Shown in pieces: positions 25,821-37,100 of a stretch of DNA of 64,000 nucleotides; positions within the stretch are counted from its first letter, which is position 1; each line of letters starts with the position of its first letter. Made by a program: the position numbers and the translations under genes. The stretch lies in contig NC_043010.1 in the NCBI RefSeq assembly GCF_006345805.1, positions 57,102,001-57,166,000 on the forward strand, in the 5' to 3' direction. The stretch is from Octopus sinensis. Taxonomy: Eukaryota. The notes under the pieces were generated by a model. It worked only from the letters and a program-made list of their open reading frames with translations, was not told the origin of the DNA and did not search any database.

Positions 25821-26102
25821 GGATAAGATCGTTAATTTAAATTAAATAACGATCTTATCAAGTGGCCAGCATGGAAATAAAAACCTTCAAAGGTAATAAT
25901 TATTATTAAAATTATAACTACGAGATACTGCCATGCTGAAAATAGCAGCCAGGATCTGACTCTAAAACCACCTTAAGTGTTCATATAGCACAAGGAACAC
26001 TACTATATGAACACTTAAGGTGGTTTTAGAGTCAGATCCTGGCTGCTATTTTCAGCATGGTGGTATCTTGTAGATACCCTAAGTTATAATTTTAATGATA
26101 AT

Positions 26103-26138
<36 letters not shown>

Positions 26139-26809
26139 GGCGCAGGAGTGGCTGTGTGTTAAGTAGTTTGCTTACCAACAACATTGATCCGGGTTCAGTC
26201 CCACTGTGTGGCACCTTGGGCAAATGTCTTCTACTATAGCCTCAGGCTGGCCAAAGCCTTGTGAGTGGGTTTGGTAGACAGAAACTGAAAGAAGCCTGTT
26301 GTATATATGTATATATATATATATATATATATGCGTGTGTGTGTTTGTATGTCTGTGTTTGTCCCCGCCAACATCGTTTGACAACTGATGCTGGTGTGTT
26401 TATGTCCCTGTAACTTAGCAGTTCAGCAAAAGAGACCAATAGAATAAGTACTAGGCTTACAAAGAATAAGTCCTGGGGTTGATTTGCTTGACAAAAGTCG
26501 GTGCTCCAGCATGACCACAGTCAAATGACTGAAACAAGTAAAAAATAAAAAAAACATACATATACTTATACACACACATCCCTATCAGTTTGTCTACGTC
26601 ACTCTGTGTCTTCCTGTCTCTGCTTATATTTGTCTGTCTGTTTGTCTCACTGACCCGTTGCCATGGAAATGGGAAATCCAAGATGCTGCATAATCATTCC
26701 AATGTCATATTCCTTACACTTTCCAAACTTGAATGTCTTCTCAGCAGACCTCTCCCTTCTGACTAACATTAGGGTGATGCTTAGGTCAATATTAGGGGTT
26801 TATGGGTGT

Positions 26810-26844
<35 letters not shown>

Positions 26845-27858
26845 ACACACACACACACACACATTCATACACACATGTGCGCATGCACACACATATTCTT
26901 GCACACAAACTCACACACACATTCACACACATATTCACATACACACACACACTCACTCACAAACACACACACACATTCATACACATACACATGCATGCAC
27001 ACACATTTACACACACATTCTCACACACATACATTCATACACATATACGCATGCACACACACACATTCACACACACACACATGAACACATTCACACGCAT
27101 ATTCACATACACACACACACTCACAAACACACACACACATTCATACACATACACACGTATGCACACACATATTCACACACACACGTTCACACACACATTC
27201 TCACACACATACATTCATACACATACACACATGTTCATACATAGATATGCACACACACACGCACATTCACACACACACATACACACACCACACACACACA
27301 CATACACACTCACAAACACACACACACATACACACACCACACATACACACACACACACTATTGTTTCCTCTCTTATTAAAAATATTCTACATTTGTTTCA
27401 CCAGTTCCAGATGATGGACACACCCATCATGAACACCATCAACACGAAGGTAAGACATTTATCTTTGAGCTCCAGCAACCAGTTGAATAAACCCCTAGCA
27501 ACCACCTGAACAGACCCCCTAGCAACTAGTTCACTGAACCCTAGCAGTTATCTTCAGGTGGTTAAGTAGCTCTGAAATTGTCTGTAAACCACAGGTAATA
27601 GGGGTCCAGTTGGTCCTCTTACTTTATACCTTTACAATGTTAATTGGTCATTTTGGTCAACAAAGCCAGAATTCCATTGGTCATGGATTGGTTCTGTGTT
27701 TTACTGAAACCTGAAAAGCATGTAAGGAGTGGGGTCTTCCCACTAGAATGGACAAAAGTGCTAATATATGATATATGATTTATAAAAGCATGTAACATAC
27801 TAATAAATATCTGTAAATATAAAACCATCCAGATTTCTGAGTACCTCATTTCTTCTAA

Positions 27859-27893
<35 letters not shown>

Positions 27894-28246
27894 TTAGGAG
27901 GAAAAAGAAAATGGATATTGTGAAGTTGATAAATATTTATTATTAACAACAAATCAATCATTATCAGTTATGAGGCTAACATAACCTCTAATCGTGTTTG
28001 ATCTCCATGTGTCTAACACGCGTGGACATGCCTACAAAGTCAGAAAACAACACAGCTCCCATGACTTTCGGAAACATTTTTTCACGCTCAGAGTTGCTGA
28101 AGCATGGAACAAACTGCCTGTGTCAGTTGTTGACTGCCATGACACTGCATCTTTTAAGGCCCTCATGCTTTCCGAAATCCACCGAAACTACACCTGATTA
28201 TATATACACTTTAGATGAGTTGTAGTGCACCTGAGCACTGTACACA

Positions 28247-28284
<38 letters not shown>

Positions 28285-29675
28285 CATGTATGTACACACA
28301 CACACACACACACCCACACACACACACCCACACACACACACCCACCCACACCCACCCACACACACACACATGTAAGTTGAATGATAAATATAAAAATGAT
28401 GATCTTCTGAGACAGTGTTATTGTATTCTTTAATTTCAGGAAATTGTAACCATGGAAACCATCAGCATCACCATGATCACGATCGTGAGTATAATCTTCC
28501 TACACCTGTCACTCTTTTATACACCCCTCAATACTTTATACATCGTTCTTTTCTTTATACACCCCTCACAACTGACATAAAGTAGTTTACCTGTCCTATC
28601 TTTTACGGAACACCTCAGTGTATTAATATTGTTGCTGTTTAACCCTAGGGCAAAGCTAATCAAGGTCACCCTGGATCAATAAGGTTCCAGCTGTGACCTT
28701 CCCAACATTTTAGGAGTATGACAAGAGCTACATTATTCCATGTACCTTTCTTTGCTTATTCAAGATAGTAGATTTGAAGGAGATCTAGCTGCTATTTCTA
28801 GCAGAGACAGTAATTCAAGCACATGCCTGAGAAACCAGAACCCATGCTGGGGTGGCAGGGTGGTGGTGGCAGGGCCAGGGTCACAGATGGAGACTGGCCA
28901 GGGATACATCAAGCGATCAAAATATCTATGTATATACATATGTATACACATATGCATATGTATATACATATGTATACACATATGAGTGTGTATATACATA
29001 TGTATACACATATGCATATATATACTTTTCTACTCTAGGCACAAGGCCCAAAATTTTGGGGGAGGGGGCCAGTCGATTAAATCAACCCCAGTTCGCAACT
29101 GGTACTTAATTTATCGACCTCAAAAGGATGAAAGGCAAAGTCAACCTCGGCGGACACACACACACACACACGCACACACATACATACAATGGGCTTTTTT
29201 CAGTTTCCGTCTGCCAAATCCAAGCTTTTAGTCAGACTGGGGCTATAGTAGAAGACACTTGCCCAAGGTGCCAGGCAGTGGAATTGAACCAAGGACCGTG
29301 TGGTTGGGAAGAAAGCATCTTACCACACAGCCACACTTTGCTTTCATATAGAGTTTCCTGCCAAAGATCTTTTGACCCTTAGCTCCATACCTCAGCAGTC
29401 GCATGTTGATTTGTTTGTTGTGGGGAAGTCTGCTGGGATTCAACCAATGTTATAGAAACAACACGGATGCCAAACATATTGAATTCTTGAGAATGAGACT
29501 CTGAAAATCAAGAAACATTAAATGCGAAATTAGGAACTCTTTTGTTCAAAACAGGTAAAAAGAATCCAAGAAGAAGAAAATGATCTAAAATGAAAAAACA
29601 CAAAACTTGGACACAGTTGAGTAGTCAATGAGACACGAGTAAAAGAAAAACTGTTAACCATAAATATAAACATAG

Positions 29676-29734
<59 letters not shown>

Positions 29735-30396
29735 CATATATATATATAATAATATTAGGGAGTATGGCTCCAAACTTACAGGGAAAAATTAGATTTTGTA
29801 TTAAATCAAATTTCACAGTATAAAATATGAATTAGAGATAAAACCACTATTAGGCAACTCAAACACAAATTTACAAAATAACCAAGTTTGGATTTTGTGA
29901 TTTTCCAATGTCATAATTGGTAAAGAATTTTAATTAATGAATCTTTAAATATTTTCAGATGAGTCACACCATCAAGGAGGTAAGGGAACCATATTTTATA
30001 AATATGTGTGTGTGTGTGAATGCATGTTAGTATGTGTGAATGTGTGTATATATATGTGTATGTGTGAATGTGTGTTAGTGTGTGTGTGTTTAAAGGAAAA
30101 GAAAAGGGACAGGAAGAGAAGCTATCATATTAAATAAATAAACACAGTGAGTCGATGTTGACAGTGTAAATGCATTTTGCAGAGGTGAGCGTGTGGAGAG
30201 AGTGTCTCAGTGTTCTTTCACTTGGAGATAATACAATAATGTCTACTTAAGAATTTGGACAGTGCTATCATGTCCACAGGGTTCCATTAATCCTAAATAT
30301 CAGCCCCTGATTTAATTTCTTTCTAATCCTTTCCAATTTTTCCCTTTTCTCATGTTGTCTGTTTATTTCCTTTCAGAAGCTCAACCATCGAATTGA
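21169..30396 (+). CDS. Six-exon micro-exon gene for a 66-aa secreted His-rich peptide: MRLTAALVFLVAFALIVGVQSGPLPDDGHTHHEHHQHEGNCNHGNHQHHHDHDHESHHQGEAQPSN
   Basis: Exons 21169-21223, 24740-24754, 27405-27449, 28440-28484, 29959-29979, 30377-30396 (55+15+45+45+21+20 = 201 nt); canonical Yn-cag acceptors and GTAAG/GTGAG donors, all phase 1, one open frame; AATAAA near 30549. Confidence 0.82.
21937..22584 (+). mobile_element. Non-autonomous Helitron 5' portion
   Basis: Starts TC (tctcttattataaaaggcag) right after a (TA)n run; directly precedes the second Helitron. Confidence 0.5.
22585..23415 (+). mobile_element. Internally deleted Helitron with PIF1 helicase remnant
   Basis: KLFTNMRAH...AILAPRNK...YPIEVLN...LKLKVSAPIMLIRNL (PIF1 motifs, frameshifted); 3' hairpin gccccgagcaacgccgggc followed by CTAG|T at 23412-23416. 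Confidence 0.9.
23523..23750 (+). mobile_element. tRNA-derived SINE family B
   Basis: ggcaaccagctaacagaatagttagc...gttcaaattccactgaggtcgactttgcctttcatcctttcgggg...(att)n; relatives at 29030, 49220, 56575 and 60815. Confidence 0.85.
23752..24130 (-). mobile_element. R4/Dong-like LINE 3' end between (TAA)n tracts
   Basis: EKLSKYNDLEIEVTRMWNLKTETISIIVGALGMIKK...IQKIALLGTAHILRRTLS*. Confidence 0.85.
24740..24754 (+). CDS. His-rich peptide exon 2 (15-nt micro-exon, VQSGP)
   Basis: ttttttattctttttacag|TTCAGTCTGGTCCTC|gtaagt; supplies the likely V-Q-S signal cleavage site. Confidence 0.78.
24955..25222 (+). mobile_element. RTE 3' UTR fragment
   Basis: Same sequence as 10400-10690; further copies near 6312-6410, 17655-17790, 21415-21600, 41851-42133, 56745-56925 and 58392-58750. 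Confidence 0.88.
25896..26105. repeat. Long fold-back with a 58-bp perfect core and about 90-bp arms
   Basis: 25931-25988 is the exact reverse complement of 26003-26060; 14-nt loop; AT-rich outer arms also pair. Confidence 0.95.
26139..26548 (+). mobile_element. tRNA-derived SINE family A, full length
   Basis: ggcgcaggagtggctgtgtg... through gtcaaatgactgaaacaagtaaaaaataaa. Confidence 0.9.
26810..27358. repeat. Degenerate (CA)n/(CACAT) microsatellite ending about 45 nt before exon 3
   Basis: Direct reading of the sequence. Confidence 0.95.
27405..27449 (+). CDS. His-rich peptide exon 3 (LPDDGHTHHEHHQHE)
   Basis: tttgtttcaccag|TTCCAG ATGATGG...CACGAAG|gtaaga; in-frame alternative acceptor at 27411. 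Confidence 0.8.
27990..28272 (+). mobile_element. CR1-clade LINE 3' end
   Basis: TRGHAYKVRKQHSSHDFRKHFFTLRVAEAWNKLP (CR1 C-terminal motif) with (att)n tail; tail-only copy at about 24840. Confidence 0.88.
28440..28484 (+). CDS. His-rich peptide exon 4 (GNCNHGNHQHHHDHD)
   Basis: ttctttaatttcag|GAAATTGT...CACGATC|gtgagt. Confidence 0.82.
29030..29155 (-). mobile_element. SINE family B fragment
   Basis: Reverse complement of ccgaggttgactttgcctttcatccttttgaggtcgataaattaagtaccagttgcg. Confidence 0.8.
29185..29335 (-). mobile_element. SINE family A 5' fragment
   Basis: Reverse complement of ggctgtgtggtaagatgctttcttcccaaccacacggtcc...ggcagacggaaactgaaaaaagccc. Confidence 0.8.
29959..29979 (+). 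CDS. His-rich peptide exon 5 (21-nt micro-exon, HESHHQG)
   Basis: attttcag|ATGAGTCACACCATCAAGGAG|gtaagg. Confidence 0.78.
30377..30396 (+). CDS. His-rich peptide terminal exon (EAQPSN*)
   Basis: gtttatttcctttcag|AA GCT CAA CCA TCG AAT TGA; AATAAA about 150 nt downstream. Confidence 0.72.
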
Positions 30397-30598
30397 CCAG
30401 ATCAGCCAATAATGTTGGAAAGATGACCAGATCAGCCAATAATGTTATATTTAATGGCAACACATTAAATAAGATTGTTAAAGAGACAGACTTCAGTGTT
30501 CCTGATCATCATCTTTCCACCTCTTTATAACCGATATTACAACAGTTCAATAAATATTGATTGTCAACAAATTAACGTTTGATGTTTTGTGTGTGCAC

Positions 30599-30630
<32 letters not shown>

Positions 30631-31180
30631 GCACGTGTGTGTGTGTGGGCGTGTGTGCTAGAGTATCTAAGTGGCTGATATTTGAAGTCCCTCCTTAAGG
30701 TGTCCACCCCATACCAAATAATTTCTTAAATTAAACAAGTCTATTAACTCTTATTTACTTATTCAGCTTCCATTAATTTATAAGCAAATTATCTCACTTA
30801 TCCTTCCTACATGTTATTTTGCTTAGGTTTGCCACATGGTAACATGGCTACATGTGTTGTTACTGTGGTATACTATTGGTTACAGGATAACATGCGTTTT
30901 TGGCTATACGGCCACATATCTTTACAAACGTACAATATTGTCCACATGTATATCTCTATAGCAGTGTTTCTCAACTGTTTTACCCTTGCGTAACCCTTAA
31001 AATAAATTACATATCTCAAGGAAATCCTGCAAAAGAAAACTATATACTATATCATTCTCATATTCTTTCATCATAGTTTATTTGGTAAATATCATGTATA
31101 AGTAAAAGCAATGTATACGCGCACCTGGTGTTTAGGGTTGGAATTTTTGTTACACCAATAATGGGTGTAACAAAGGTCTT

Positions 31181-34100
31181 TCTGGGATGAGGTGGTGAAG
31201 CATGAAGAGGTAGACCCAGGAAGACCTCGGATGAGGTGGTGAAGCATGAAGAGGTAGACCCAGGAATTCCTGGGATGAGGTGGTGAAGCATGAAGAGGTA
31301 GACCCAGGAAGACCTGGGATGAGGTGGTGAAGCATGAAGAGGTAGACCCAGGAAGACCTCGGATGAGGTGGTGAGCATGAAGAGGTAGACCAGGAATTCC
31401 TGGGATGAGGTGGTGAAGCATGAAGAGGTAGACCCAGGAAGATCTGGGAGAGGTGGTGAAGCATGAAGAGGTAGACTCAGGAAGACCTGGGAGAGGTGGT
31501 GAAGCAGCAGGTAGGAGAGGTAGACCCAGGAATTCTGGGATGATGTGGTGAAGCATGAAGAGTAGACCCAGGAAGACCTGGGATGATGGTGTGTGAAGCA
31601 TGAAGAGGTAGACCCAGGAAGACCTCGGATGAGGTGGTGAAGCATGAAGAGGTAGACCCAGGAATTCCTGGGATGAGGGGGTGAAGCATGAAGAGGTAGA
31701 CCCAGGAAGACCTGGGATGAGGTGGTGAAGCATGAAGAGGTAGACCCAGAAGACCTGGATGAGGTGGTGAAGCATGAAGAGTAGACCCAGGAATTCCTGG
31801 GATGAGGTGGTGAAGCATGAAGAGTAGACCCAGGAAGATCTGGGATGAGGTGGTGAAGCATGAAGAGGTAGAGACTCAGGAATTCCTGGATGAGGTGGTG
31901 AATGAATGGTGAAGCATGAAGAGGTAGACCCAGGAAGACCTGGGATGAGGTGGTGAAGCATGAAGAGGTAGACCCAGGAATTCCTGGGATGAGGTGGTGA
32001 AGCATGAAGAGGTAGACCCAGGAATTCCTGGGATGAGGTGGTGAAGCATGAAGAGGTAGACCCAGGAATTCCTGGGATGAGGTGGTGAAGCATGAAGAGG
32101 TAGACCCAGGAAGACCTGGGATGAGGTGGTGAAGCATGAAGAGGTAGACCCAGGAATTCCTGGGATGAGGTGGTGAAGCATGAAGAGGTAGACCCAGGAA
32201 TTCCTGGGATGAGGTGGTGAAGCATGAAGAGGTAGACCCAGGAATTCCTGGGATGATGTGGTGAAGCATGAAGAGGTAGACCCAGGAAGACCTGGGATGA
32301 GGTGGTGAAGCATGAAGAGGTAGACCCAGGAATTCCTGGGATGAGGTGGTGAAGCATGAAGAGGTAGACCCAGGAATTCCTGGGATGAGGTGGTGAAGCA
32401 TGAAGAGGTAGACCCAGGAATTCCTGGGATGTGATGAGGTGGTGAGATGATGAATGTTGTGAAGCAGAAAAGGTAGACCCAGGAAGACCTGGGATGATGG
32501 GTGGTGAAGCATGAAGAGGTAGACCCAGGAAGATCTGGGATGAGGTGGTGAAGCATGAAGAGGTAGACCCAGGAATTCCTGGGATGAGGTGGTGTGAAGC
32601 ATGAAGAGGTAGACCCAGGAAGACCTGGGATGAGGTGGTGAAGCATGAAAAGGTAGACCCAGGAAGACCTGGGATGAGGTGGTGAAGAATGAAGAGGTAG
32701 ACCAGGAATCCTGGGATGAGGTGGTGAAGCATGAAGAGGTAGACCCAGGAATTCCTGGGATGAGGTGGTGAAGCATGAAGAGGTAGACCCAGGAATTCCT
32801 GGGATGAGGTGGTGAAGCATGAAGAGGTAGACCCAGGAAGACCTGGGATGAGGTGGTGAAGCATGAAGAGGTAGACCCAGGAAGACCTGGGATGAGGTGG
32901 TGAAGCATGAAGAGGTAGACCCAGAAGACCTGGGATGAGGTGGTGTGAAGCATGAAGAGGTAGACCCAGGAAGACCTGGGATGAGGTGGTGAAGCATGAA
33001 GAGGTAGACCCAGGAAGACCTGGGATGAGGTGGTGTGAAGCATGAAGAGGTAGACCCAGGAAGATCTGGGATGAGGTGGTGAAGCATGAAAAGGTAGACT
33101 CAGGAAGACCTGGGATGAGGTGGTGAAGCATGAAGAGGTAGACCCAGGAATTCCTGGGATGAGGTGAAGCATGAGAGCATGAAGAGGTAGACCCAGGAAG
33201 ACCTGGGATGAGGTGGTGTGAAGCATGAAAAGGTAGACTCAGGAAGACCTGGGATGAGGTGGTGAAGCATGAAGAGGTAGACCCAGGAATTCCTGGGATG
33301 AGGTGGTGAAGCATGAAGAGGTAGACCCAGGAAGACCAGGGATGAGGTGTGAAGCATGAAGAGGTAGACCCAGGAAGACCTGGGATGAGGTGGTGAAGCA
33401 TGAAGAGGTAGACCCAGGAGACCTGGGATGAGGTGGTGAAGCATGAAGAGGTAGACCCAGGAAGACCTGGGATGAGGTGGTGAAGCATGAAGAGGTAGAC
33501 CCAGGAATTCCTGGGATGAGGTGGTGAAGCATGAAGAGGTAGACCCAGGAAGACCAGGGAGGTGGTGTGAAGACATGAAGAGGAGTAGACCCAGTGTGGA
33601 AAGACCTCGGATGAGGTGGTGAAGCATGAAGAGGTAGAGGTAGACCCAGGAAGACCGGGATGAGGTGGTGAAGCATGAAGAGGTAGACTCAGGAAGACCT
33701 GGGATGAGGTGGTGAAGCATGAGAGGTAGACCCAGGAAGTCTGGGATGAGGTGGTGAAGCATGAAGAGGTAGACCCAGGAAGACCTGGGATGAGGTGGTG
33801 AAGCATGAAGAGGTAGACCCAGAAGATCTGGGATGAGGTGGTGAAGCATGAAGAGGTAGACCCAGGAACCTGGGATGAGGTGGTGAAGCATGAAGAGGTA
33901 GACCCAGGAAGACCTGGATGATGTGGTGAAGCATGAGAGGTAGACCCAGGAAGACCTGGGATGAGGTGGTGAAGCATGAAGAGGTAGAACCAGGAAGACT
34001 GGGATGAGGTGGTGAAGCATGAAAAGGTAGACCCAGACGACCTGGGATGAGGTGGTGAAGCATGAAGAGGTAGACCCAGGAAGACCTGGGATGAGGTGGT

Positions 34101-37100
34101 GAAGCATGAAGAGGTAGACCAGGAATTCCTGGATGAGGTGTGAAGCATGAAGAGGTAGACCCAGGATTCCGGGATGAGGTGGTGAAGCATGAAGAGGTAG
34201 ACCAAGAAGACCTGGGATGATTTGGTGAAGCATGAAGAGGTAGACCCAGGAACCTGGATGAGGTGGTGAAGCATGAAGAGGTAGACCAGGAAGACCTGGG
34301 ATGAGGTGGTGAAGCATGAAGAGGTAGACCCAGGAAGACTGGGATGAGGTGGTGAAGCATGAAGAGGTAGACCCAGAGACCTGGGATGAGGTGGTGAAGC
34401 ATGAAGAGTAGACCCAGGAAGACCTGGGATGAGGTGGTGAAGCATGAAGAGGTAGACCCAGGAAGACCTGGGATGAGGTGGTGAAGCATGAAGAGGTAGA
34501 CCCAGGAAGACCTGGGATGAGGTGGTGAAGCATGAAGAGGTAGACCCAGGAATTCCTGGGATGAGGTGGTGAAGCATGAAGAGGTAGACCCAGGAAGACC
34601 TGGGATGAGGTGGTGAAGCATGAAGAGGTAGACCCAGGAAGACCTGGGATGAAGCATGAAGAGGTAGACCCAGGAATTCCTGGGATGAGGTGGTGAAGCA
34701 TGAAGAGGTAGACCCAGGAAGACCTGGGATGAGGTGGTGAAGCATGAAGAGGTAGACCCAGGAAGACCTGGGATGAGGTGGTGAAGCATGAAGAGGTAGA
34801 CCCAGGAAGACCTGGGATGAGGTGGTGAAGCATGAAGAGGTAGACCCAGGAAGACCTGGGATGAGGTGGTGAGCATGAAGAGGACCCAGGAAGACCTGGG
34901 ATGAGGTGGTGAAGCATGAAGAGGTAGACCCAGGAAGACCTGGGATGAGGTGGTGAAGCATGAAGAGGTAGACCCAGGAAGACCTGGGATGAGGTGGTGA
35001 AGCATGAAGAGGTAGACCCAGGAATTCCTGGGATGAGGTGGTGAAGCATGAAGAGGTAGACCCAGGAAGACCTGGGATGAGGTGGTGAAGCATGAAGAGG
35101 TAGACCCGGAAGACCTGGGATGAGGTGGTGAAGCATGAAGAGGTAGACCCAGGAAGACCTGGGATGAGGTGGTGAAGCATGAAGAGGTAGACCCAGGAAG
35201 ACCTGGGATGAGGTGGTGAAGCATGAAGAGGTAGACCCAGGAAGACCTGGGATGAGGTGGTGAAGCATGAAGAGGTAGACCCAGGAATTCCTGGGATGAG
35301 GTGGTGAAGCATGAAGAGGTAGACCCAGGAAGACCTGGGATGAGGTGGTGAAGCATGAAGAGGTAGACCCAGGAAGACCTGGGATGAGGTGGTGAAGCAT
35401 GAAGAGGTAGACCAGGAAGACCTGGGATGAGGTGGTGAAGCATGAAGAGGTAGACCCAGGAAGACCTGGGATGAGGTGGTGAAGCATGAAGAGGTAGACC
35501 CAGGAATTCCTGGGATGAGGTGGTGAAGCATGAAGAGGTAGACCCAGGAAGACCTGGGATGAGGTGGTGAAGCATGAAGAGGTAGACCCAAGAACCTGGA
35601 TGAGGTGGTGAAGCATGAAGAGGTAGACCCGGAAGACCTGGGATGAGGTGGTGAAGCATGAAGAGGTAGACCCAGGAAGACCTGGGATGAGGTGGTGAAG
35701 CATGAAGAGGTAGACCCAGGAAGACCTGGGATGAGGTGGTGAAGCATGAAGAGGTAGACCCAGGAATTCCTGGGATGAGGTGGTGAAGCATGAAGAGGTA
35801 GACCCAGGAAGACCTGGGATGAGGTGGTGAAGCATGAAGAGGTAGACCCAGGAAGACCTGGGATGAGGTGGTGAAGCATGAAGAGGTAGACCCAGGAAGA
35901 CCTGGGATGAAGCATGAAGAGGTAGACCCAGGAATTCCTGGGATGAGGTGGTGAAGCATGAAGAGGTAGACCCAGGAAGACCTGGGATGAGGTGGTGAAG
36001 CATGAAGAGGTAGACCCAGGAATTCCTGGGATGAGGTGGTGAAGCATGAAGAGGTAGACCCAGGAATTCCTGGGATGAGGTGGTGAAGCATGAAGAGGTA
36101 GACCCAGGAAGACCTGGGATGAGGTGGTGAAGCATGAAGAGGTAGACCCAGGAAGACCTGGGATGAGGTGGTGAAGCATGAAGAGGTAGACCCAGGAAGA
36201 CCTGGGATGAGGTGGTGAAGCATGAAGAGGTAGACCCAGGAAGACCTGGGATGAGGTGGTGAAGCATGAAGAGGTAGACCCAGGATACCTGGGATGTGGT
36301 GAAGCATGAAGAGGTAGACCCAGGAATTCCTGGGATGAGGTGGTGAAGCATGAAGAGGTAGACCCAGGAAGACCTGGGATGAGGTGGTGAAGCATGAAGA
36401 GGTAGACCCAGGAAGACCTGGGATGAGGTGGTGAAGCATGAAGAGGTAGACCCAGGAAGACCTGGGATGAGGTGGTGAAGCATGAAGAGGTAGACCCAGG
36501 AATTCCTGGGATGAGGTGGTGAAGCATGAAGAGGTAGACCCAGGAATTCCTGGGATGAGGTGGTGAAGCATGAAGAGGTAGACCCAGGAAGACCTGGGAT
36601 GAGGTGGTGAAGCATGAAGAGGTAGACCCAGGAAGACCTGGGATGATGTGGTGAAGCATGAAGAGGTAGACCCAGGAAGACCTGGGATGAGGTGGTGAAG
36701 CATGAAGAGGTAGACCCAGGAAGACCTGGGATGAGGTGGTGAAGCATGAAGAGGTAGACCCAGGAAGACCTGGGATGAGGTGTGAAGCATGAAGAGGTAG
36801 ACCCAGGAAGACCTGGGATGAGGTGGTGAAGCATGAAGAGGTAGACCCAGGATCCTGGATGAGGTGGTGAAGCATGAAGAGGTAGACCCAGGAAGACCTG
36901 GGATGAGGTGGTGAAGCATGAAGAGGTAGACCCAGGAAGACCTGGGATGAGGTGGTGAAGCATGAAGAGGTAGACCCAGGAATTCCTGGGATGAGGTGGT
37001 GAAGCATGAAGAGGTAGACCCAGGAAGACCTGGGATGAGGTGGTGAAGCATGAAGAGGTAGACCCAGGAAGACCTGGGATGAGGTGGTGAAGCATGAAGA

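Noticed and set aside
26663-27509. His/Thr-rich ORFs overlapping the His-peptide locus
   Set aside because: Translations of (CA)n microsatellite; the real exon 3 is only the 45 nt bounded by splice sites. The same applies to HT-, CV-, IY- and LS-rich ORFs at 12.8-17.1, 20.7-21.2, 50.9-52.4, 57.5-57.9 and 59.2-59.7 kb.
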